From: a virus
Taxonomy: Duplodnaviria > Heunggongvirae > Uroviricota > Caudoviricetes
Virus record (IMG/VR): IMGVR_UViG_2728369591_000007
Direction: 5' to 3' (one strand)
Length of the DNA stretch: 23,612 nucleotides
Below, piece after piece: positions 17,704 through 23,612 of the stretch (positions are counted from its first letter, which is position 1; each line of letters opens with the position of its first letter). The notes under the pieces are model-generated. The model did no database searches, was not told where the DNA came from, and worked only from the letters and a program-made list of their open reading frames with translations. Both the position numbers and the translations under genes were made by a program.

Positions 17704-17966
17704 AGGGGTATCAGTTGCAAAAAATTTTGCAACTACGTCCGACCAATACACACACGATGGCGGGGGATACCATAAAACTGTTCTCTACATGAGACAGAGT
17801 GGTGGTGATGTGTTGATTATCGGCCTATATGCGCACAGGACGCGCTATGACAATGTTTTATGCGGGTACACCAATCACATGTATCTGGTGTGATAAATCG
17901 CGTTACATGACCTCTCATGTTGTGCTGGTGGTTATCACGACGTTCTGAATCTGGCTTTTGTCTGAT

Positions 17967-17989
17967 ATTTTGCGACAAGTACGCGCGCG
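17967..17989. repeat. CG-alternating 23-bp repeat, copy B
   Basis: ATTTTGCGACAAGTACGCGCGCG; shares the upstream TCTGATAT with copy A. Confidence 0.6.
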
Positions 17990-18326
17990 TAACATCGAAA
18001 TTATCGGATGGCGTATGTTGCTGGCAAGATAAAGTCGGCGTAATACAAAGGCGTTACTTGATAGCAGCAAGATTACAACAATGGTTGTTGAATTTGAGCG
18101 ATGTAAGGAATTGATTTAGGGAGGCGCTGATGGCTAAAAAGTTCCACTACCAGCGGATGAATGCGCCAGCGATGGCCGTTTGGTAGTAAAAGAGGAGCCA
18201 TTCCTCAATCAGTTGAATACATTATGCCAACTAAATGGGTGGGGGCACTGTGTGGGTATTCAGCGGTGACGGTATTTTTTAAGCCAAGGACTATCCGTAG
18301 CAGGGGGACTCATTTTGAAATATTTA

Positions 18327-18764
18327 TCATATGTAACTTATTATTTTAGATAAAGATTTCCAGTTAAAGAAAAAAGTTATCATTGATATAATCAAATATG
18401 CCCCTGCGAGTAGCAGGGCATAATAATCCAGAGGCAGATTGCTGACAACAGGGGCAAACATCGAGATCATTGCTAATAGGCAGGCTGTGATCAGCGTAGT
18501 TCCTGTATCAAAAAGCCCCTCAATAATGCCTTTTAGTACTCCGTTACTTTTTAGAGCGCCTACAATTCCCTTTGAACTATCAAAGCTACTTAGCATGGTG
18601 ACTGATGCCAAAACAAAACCAAAGAGAACTCCAGAAATAGTTGAAAGAGCACCAGCAGCCGAAATGACAGCATTGTGATCTAGGTCGTGTAAAAAATGGG
18701 CACCAGCAATAGCCATAGCTAGAGCAAACAATGACTTGGCAGCAAACAATTTCCGAGAACTCAT
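18327..18764 (-). CDS. small integral membrane protein, 145 aa, about four predicted transmembrane helices (candidate effector)
   Basis: Translation MSSRKLFAAKSLFALAMAIAGAHFL...LLAGAYLIISMITFFFNWKSLSKIISYI is dominated by hydrophobic segments; RBS AGGA 8 nt upstream; 12 bp downstream of the 361-aa gene on the same strand; AT-rich by eye. Confidence 0.7.
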   Translation of the reverse strand: MSSRKLFAAKSLFALAMAIAGAHFLHDLDHNAVISAAGALSTISGVLFGFVLASVTMLSSFDSSKGIVGALKSNGVLKGIIEGLFDTGTTLITACLLAMISMFAPVVSNLPLDYYALLLAGAYLIISMITFFFNWKSLSKIISYI

Positions 18765-18776
18765 AATGTATTCCTG

Positions 18777-19862
18777 TTACGTTTGACTAACCAAATAGTA
18801 CTGGGTTAGATACCTAAGGTTGTCATTCTTTGCTTGTAGCATAGCATTTTTAACGTCAGTATCGGTCGGATACCCATCTGCTTGGATAGGCACCATCTTC
18901 TTTACCGTAAGAACTTCGTCTACAAGACTTTTCTTCTTTTTATCGCCCTGAGCAACAACATTTGCTTTCTCAAAAGTTAAACGACCATCACCACCAGGGA
19001 ACTTTTCTAGCATCTCCTTAAGGCTTTTTTTAACGTCATCCTCAAGCCATCCCTTTGCTTTTCTTTTTAATGGAGAATGTCCGCGTAACGAAATAGTCAG
19101 GTGGCTTGAACTGGTGCCTCTGATCATCTCAATCATCTGATTCGCGAACATTCCATCGAGTTGATACTGTGCGGCATTGAAGTTTCTTGGGATGGCCACA
19201 GAAATCTCGCAGCTTCTTAGATTGGATCCAGTTTCGAGTAGTTCTTTGATGCTTTCTTCTTTCCAAATGGCTTCAAAAGAAACAGGGACTCCGCGATCAC
19301 TGGAGTTGAAAAGAAGGAAGGCTAAGTCACTATGGCGTGGACCTAAATGATTTAAAGACAATACTAGAATGTCTGTCTGAGGATAATAAATAAAGTATGT
19401 ACGTTCTGAAAGAGTCTTTGCCCCGGCTAGAGGGATTTTCTCTTCCACCCACTCTTTATCTGTAATATATGCCAGTGTTGCGCTTTTTCTTCTTCGAGAC
19501 ATGAATCCGAAGTAGGAGCCATCCTCGGGTGAGATGTCTAGAAAATGAATTTTAAGTTCTCTTTCACCAAAGTCTGCATAGTGGGTCATCTTGAAGTCTT
19601 TAGAACACCGATCATAGAGATTTTTAAAGGCCTCTGCGGTTAACCCCTTGTTACTAGTGCGAATATTCTCAGAGCTTGTGTAAAAGCCCACCCTTACAGA
19701 TTTCAAACTTTGATCTTTTGGTGCCACAGTCATTTGAGCTCCATTGTACTCTGCGATAGTTTTTGCACACCTTGAAATCAAAATCTCCATGTCAGTCACG
19801 AGAAAATAACTATGGATGAAACCCATCAAAGGCATTGAATACAGGTGGCTTTTGAGAATCAT
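18777..19862 (-). CDS. hypothetical soluble protein, 361 aa (possibly about 316 aa from an internal start); candidate sensor partner of the membrane protein
   Basis: Long minus-strand ORF with protein-like composition; an alternative ATG at MTVAPK has a better SD (GGAG); no family recognised; AT-rich by eye. Confidence 0.7.
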   Translation of the reverse strand: MILKSHLYSMPLMGFIHSYFLVTDMEILISRCAKTIAEYNGAQMTVAPKDQSLKSVRVGFYTSSENIRTSNKGLTAEAFKNLYDRCSKDFKMTHYADFGERELKIHFLDISPEDGSYFGFMSRRRKSATLAYITDKEWVEEKIPLAGAKTLSERTYFIYYPQTDILVLSLNHLGPRHSDLAFLLFNSSDRGVPVSFEAIWKEESIKELLETGSNLRSCEISVAIPRNFNAAQYQLDGMFANQMIEMIRGTSSSHLTISLRGHSPLKRKAKGWLEDDVKKSLKEMLEKFPGGDGRLTFEKANVVAQGDKKKKSLVDEVLTVKKMVPIQADGYPTDTDVKNAMLQAKNDNLRYLTQYYLVSQT

Positions 19863-20213
19863 CCTAACCTGGTGACGGTGGTTCGCATATCCTGATGGAT
19901 GATCAGTGATTAATCAATGCGCCAAGCAGATGTGTCTATGTGTTTGTTAATCATTGCATGACAGTAGATCGACATGGGAGATCACGTTATATAGTTGAAT
20001 TGTTAGGATATCCATGCACCGATCAACTGACTAGGCTGATGTGCTTTTTAGCAGGTGCCATATAGTAGTTAGGCGGTTCTGTGAAATGATTACTGTTCCA
20101 GCATAACTGCGGCATAAAGCGGTGCTATATAAGCTATTTGCTGGCGGATTTAGTCTTCACCGTTCATATATGTAGTGACTATTTGACAGAGTGTTAGTTC
20201 ACGGACACTTTTT

Positions 20214-20313
20214 GTTGGTTCAAAATGAGTTGATGTTGGTTCAATATTTTAGAAAAAACACAATAAAAACAACGCTCTTTACAAATTGAACCAACTGAAC
20301 CAACTGAACCAAC
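20214..20313. repeat. Iteron cluster 2 (crr-like second site), mirror image of cluster 1
   Basis: GTTGGTTCA at 20214-20222 and 20235-20243; TGAACCAAC tandem at 20287-20295, 20296-20304, 20305-20313; the spacer shares ATTTGTAAAGAG..TTGTTTT with cluster 1 in reverse complement. Confidence 0.7.
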
Positions 20314-20349
20314 ACCTTTTTGCTTATCTATATAATCTGAGAGGCAGAA

Positions 20350-20631
20350 ATGATAAGGGACAGGAAAGCTGAAGAGCTGGAGTCAAAAGGGCTATACCGG
20401 AGAGCTGCCGCACGATGGATGGAAGTCATGCTGTTATGCAGCGAGGACGATGATCGGGAATGGATAAAGCGCCGCCGTGAAACGTGTCTGGAGAACGTGA
20501 AGCGCCCGCCCGTGAAGGTTGAGGAATTTGGCGACCTGCATAAAGCTGTTACCGAAACGCAACACCGCATGGGGATAGCGCAACCGAACGGTAACGCCTT
20601 CCGGTTAAATGGCGGCAAGAGGCAAAGGTAG
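20350..20631 (+). CDS. PerC-like small transcriptional regulator (tentative), 93 aa
   Basis: N-terminus MIRDRKAEELESKGLYRRAAARWMEVM resembles PerC-family proteins from prophage-like elements as I remember them; TATAAT at 20331-20336 and GAGG RBS upstream. Confidence 0.45.
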   Translation: MIRDRKAEELESKGLYRRAAARWMEVMLLCSEDDDREWIKRRRETCLENVKRPPVKVEEFGDLHKAVTETQHRMGIAQPNGNAFRLNGGKRQR

Positions 20632-20672
20632 ACCACCAGAGGGAAATCATCCTCTGGCTGGCGGTTTCTGGT

Positions 20673-20697
20673 ATTTCGGAACAAGTACGCGCGCGCG
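20673..20697. repeat. CG-alternating repeat, copy C
   Basis: ATTTCGGAACAAGTACGCGCGCGCG; contains the 14-bp palindrome TACGCGCGCGCGTA. Confidence 0.6.
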
Positions 20698-20928
20698 TAG
20701 CACCCAATCGGTGAGGAAATAGCGGCGACCTGAATGGTCAAAATCACAACGCAGCTATCCCCGTAAGCAGCGCTTAACGGAATAGCAGTAACCTGAATCC
20801 AGTGGGGAGGGGGTAGTCAAATCTCTACAGCCCTGACTATCCGGGACTGCCCGCCCCATCGTTTTTTTATACCCGCGAAAAATGAAATTTAATCCGGGCG
20901 TGTTTCATCCTTCCAGAGGGTATGACGT

Positions 20929-21114
20929 ATGACACCACGCGAAATAGCCTTATTGACCATCGCCAAACTTGAGCACGGAGGCCACCAGCTTACACAGGCA
21001 GATCAACGGGAGATAGAACGATCAGTTAATGCCGATATAGCCCGGCGCGACAGGTTCCGCGAAATGATGCGAGCACCTGCCTACCAGTGGAAGAAGCCAG
21101 CGCCGCGCAGGTAG
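20929..21114 (+). CDS. hypothetical small protein, 61 aa
   Basis: RBS GAGGG upstream; translation MTPREIALLTIAKLEHGGHQLTQADQREIERSVNADIARRDRFREMMRAPAYQWKKPAPRR. Confidence 0.5.
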   Translation: MTPREIALLTIAKLEHGGHQLTQADQREIERSVNADIARRDRFREMMRAPAYQWKKPAPRR

Positions 21115-21234
21115 ATATGGGATTATTCCACATGTAACTTATGCGTATTAAGCAAATTTCCTTTATTCACCTTTACAGAATTGTGAGTACGTCAGTATCG
21201 TTATCCTTCCGATTCGCATTTATTCAGGATTTGC

Positions 21235-21777
21235 ATGTACCAGCTAAAGATAACCATCCGAGACAGCAAACCACCTATATGGCGGCGTGTGCTGGTTCCA
21301 GAGCAAATCCCCTTTAGTAAACTTCATGCCGTGATCCAGTTAGCTTTTGGCTGGAATGACGAACACCTGTATATGTTCGAGAAAGGGCGTAAAGGTGATC
21401 CAGGTAGCGAGTATCGCGTATGGGGTGAGGATGAAAGCATGGGTAACGCGGCAATCACGCCACTATGGGCGGCGCTCCAGAATGAGGGTGACAAGCTGGT
21501 TTACACGTATGACTTTGGCGACTGGTGGGATTGCGTCATTGTGCTGGAGAAGCAAACACACGATACGAGTAATCAGCCCATTAGCTGCCTGCGTGGGAAA
21601 GGCACCACCCCGGCGGAAAACTCAGGCGGCTTGCATGGTTACAATGAATTGCTATTACAGGCCAGAGAGTCTGATAATCCTGAGCAGGCCGAGATCCACA
21701 ATTTCCTGATGCTGGATATTGAACGCCGGGTTTACGACCTGAGCCGCATCAACGACAGATTGCAGGCTATTAACTGA
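21235..21777 (+). CDS. pRiA4b ORF-3-like family protein, 180 aa
   Basis: Hallmark motifs YQLKITIRDSKPPIWRRVLVP...LHAVIQLAFGWNDEHLYMF and YTYDFGDWWDCVIVLE. Confidence 0.75.
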   Translation: MYQLKITIRDSKPPIWRRVLVPEQIPFSKLHAVIQLAFGWNDEHLYMFEKGRKGDPGSEYRVWGEDESMGNAAITPLWAALQNEGDKLVYTYDFGDWWDCVIVLEKQTHDTSNQPISCLRGKGTTPAENSGGLHGYNELLLQARESDNPEQAEIHNFLMLDIERRVYDLSRINDRLQAIN

Positions 21778-22129
21778 CCCGCATGTATTCACCTGATATT
21801 GCGTTGTCAGCGCCGCCAGTATCGCGCATAACAGCGCACTGACCGGGTAAACCGTAGCGCACGACCGTTGCGTTAGTATCACCGCCGCGCCGTATCTGGC
21901 GCGATTCATACACTGTCACCCGCTCAAGCAGTCCACCAGCAACCATGCTTTCCAGTGTGCGCCGGGTTGATTCGAGCTGGTGACGCTTATCGAACGACAC
22001 CATGCCATGAAGCAGGTAGGCCACACCCGACACATCGAACGGCGGCGCACCAATCTCACCAGTCACCCATTCGAGGTTATCCGGTTCAAAGTAGCTAAGT
22101 ATCTCTTTTTTGCGACTGGTCATTCTCAT
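21770..22129 (-). CDS. hypothetical protein, 119 aa (possible winged-helix-like)
   Basis: Protein-like composition; 3' end overlaps the 3' end of the ORF3-like gene by 8 bp in convergent orientation; weak RBS. Confidence 0.45.
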   Translation of the reverse strand: MRMTSRKKEILSYFEPDNLEWVTGEIGAPPFDVSGVAYLLHGMVSFDKRHQLESTRRTLESMVAGGLLERVTVYESRQIRRGGDTNATVVRYGLPGQCAVMRDTGGADNAISGEYMRVS

Positions 22130-22247
22130 GGCTGGCTGATTCCTTATTGTGGGATAGCACTATCATACAATAAGTGGGTTAAAGGGAGAGCGTTACCGCC
22201 TGATATGCTGTATGAATAACAACCAAATTTCAGGGGCGGAAAAAGAT

Positions 22248-22270
22248 ATGGGGGTACTTTTGGGGGTATC
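22248..22270. repeat. Second copy of the integrase-proximal GGGGGTA direct-repeat pair (candidate right-end arm sites)
   Basis: ATGGGGGTACTTTTGGGGGTATC matches ATGGGGGTACTTATGGGGGTATT at 1557-1579 with identical 12-bp spacing; TCCTATTATC, identical to tRNA positions 1428-1437, lies at 22331-22340. Confidence 0.5.
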
Positions 22271-22653
22271 TATAAAAAATGAACAATAAAAAAGGCAACA
22301 AAAACAAAGCTTATCGCCTATGTGTATTGTTCCTATTATCCCATTTAAATCAATAAGTTAGATAAGTGTGTGCCTAGATTTTCTTGCAGTTTGTCATTTG
22401 GGTACACACAGGGGACACAAAGCACAAAAGTGTGTACATTTGGTTTTGGTGTCCTCGTGTTTACTTCTTACCGTTGATATAAATTCACTTTCTTGTTGAC
22501 AAAAATTGTAAGCATGTCGAATGGCAATGTAGACATCGCTATTAGTTGTTTGGTAAGGTATTTATTGAGTGTAAACATAAAAACTTTATCAATATATGCT
22601 CAGACTGATGAGGTCAGTATTGATACTGATGTTTTCAAATTTTAGGCCATAAA

Positions 22654-23250
22654 ATGGCTGTCATTCCAATGTCTTACTCCCCTGCTACTGTAGCTCGTCG
22701 TTTTTCGATACTGGATGGAGTAACTATTCAGGGTGTGCTTTACCAGATCATCTGGGATCCAAAGACTCCGTTCGCTGCGGTAATCGAAGCTGCACCTTCT
22801 GTTATTGATGGTGATATTCGCCATAAGGTTGTTGCCACTCTGGAGCTTCAGCGTCGTTCACAGCTTGAAGGGGTGTTTGTCCGGAAATTCTGGGAAGAAC
22901 AGGACGTTGCTCAGATTGAAGGGATTGTTGTCGATGGTGCTGTACGTGATGTTAGCCTTGCTACGTTTGTTTATGAAACAATAGCCACAAAAGCAGGCGT
23001 TATACTATTAAGTGATAACGAGCAATATGAAGGAGGTAAAGCCCTCTGGCAGCATATAGCGCGTCGTTCAACGAATCTTAAGGTGTTTATCTTAGATACA
23101 GATTCCGCACGGTATTATCCGTTTGATGGTGATCGGATCTGCTATGATGGGGAAAGTATTCCTGAATCAGAAATCTGGAGTGAACATCCTGATCGAAACA
23201 AACACGGTGTTGTTCTTGTGGCCGAATCTGTTAATGGAAAAGCCGCATAA
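22654..23250 (+). CDS. hypothetical protein, 198 aa
   Basis: Long ORF with protein-like composition, preceded by a strongly AT-rich intergenic region; no family recognised; weak RBS. Confidence 0.55.
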   Translation: MAVIPMSYSPATVARRFSILDGVTIQGVLYQIIWDPKTPFAAVIEAAPSVIDGDIRHKVVATLELQRRSQLEGVFVRKFWEEQDVAQIEGIVVDGAVRDVSLATFVYETIATKAGVILLSDNEQYEGGKALWQHIARRSTNLKVFILDTDSARYYPFDGDRICYDGESIPESEIWSEHPDRNKHGVVLVAESVNGKAA

Positions 23251-23612
23251 TTTGCCAGCCGCATCGTGTTCTTGGAACTCTGACAGACCTGAGAGTTGGC
23301 AGAATAAACAGGGGATAACAGAACGGTTATCCCCTCAGTACTCTACTGCTCGATCAAACATTTGCTCCATAAAGGTTGGATCGCATGTCGATCTTTGCTG
23401 TAGGGGAATCTTTTATTTTTTTTCTTCTGTTCCATCAGTAATGTGTCGATTTCGTTGTTGACAATGCGCGTCACAGCGTGACGATAACGGTTTAGCGATG
23501 TATCACTGATATCCTGAGGCAGGCATAAACTGGTATCGGTTTTGATGCGTTCATTTATGCGGTAATGACTCCAACTTATTGATAGTGTTTTATGTTCAGA
23601 TAATGCCCGATG

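Larger units (their letters stand above)
1428..22340. mobile_element. tRNA-Thr-integrated satellite-like genomic island (P4-type integrase, AlpA, alpha-type primase-helicase with iterons, cargo); boundaries approximate
   Basis: Left end set by the tRNA 3' end and adjacent integrase; right end is tentative, based on a repeat of the integrase-proximal GGGGGTA pair at 22250-22268 and a 10-bp copy of the tRNA 3' segment TCCTATTATC at 22331-22340. The cargo region looks AT-rich by eye. Confidence 0.5.

Noticed and set aside
17917-18349. Track ORFs 17917-18114 and 18161-18349 in the long intergenic region
   Set aside because: No RBS; Cys/Trp-rich implausible translations; they overlap the repeat elements. 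More likely noncoding or gene remnants.
22248-22270. Start of a second integrase gene, suggested by the copy of the int-upstream motif
   Set aside because: No integrase-like ORF follows on either strand within the window. Interpreted as arm-type sites at the right end instead.
23123-23461. 112-aa ORF overlapping the end of the 198-aa gene
   Set aside because: Overlaps the better-supported gene in another frame and runs through an AT-rich low-complexity stretch.
1-23612. Insertion sequences, transposases or rRNA
   Set aside because: No ORF resembles a transposase, no terminal inverted repeats of IS type were seen, and no rRNA-like sequence is present.

Overview
Enterobacterial (E. coli-like) chromosomal segment: complete proA, then tRNA-Thr(CGT) (thrW-type), then a roughly 21 kb integrated satellite-like island. 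The island runs: P4-type tyrosine integrase flanked by arm-type repeats; AlpA; a hypothetical gene; an AntA-like antirepressor; a possible RNA-structured control region; a tightly overlapping early operon of small genes ending in a 919-aa primase-helicase; an iteron cluster (candidate ori); a cargo cassette of four co-directional genes, including glycine-zipper, Q-rich coiled-coil and SLT-domain proteins that look like phage ejection/internal-virion proteins; a lipoprotein; and an AT-rich minus-strand two-gene operon (361-aa soluble protein plus 145-aa multi-pass membrane protein), which is my top candidate for an undescribed abortive-infection/exclusion system. A second, mirrored iteron cluster follows, then a PerC-like regulator, a pRiA4b ORF3-like protein, and a candidate right boundary near 22.25-22.34 kb. 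No rRNA, CRISPR array or transposase was found. All calls rest on reading the sequence and on remembered family motifs; no database search was run.
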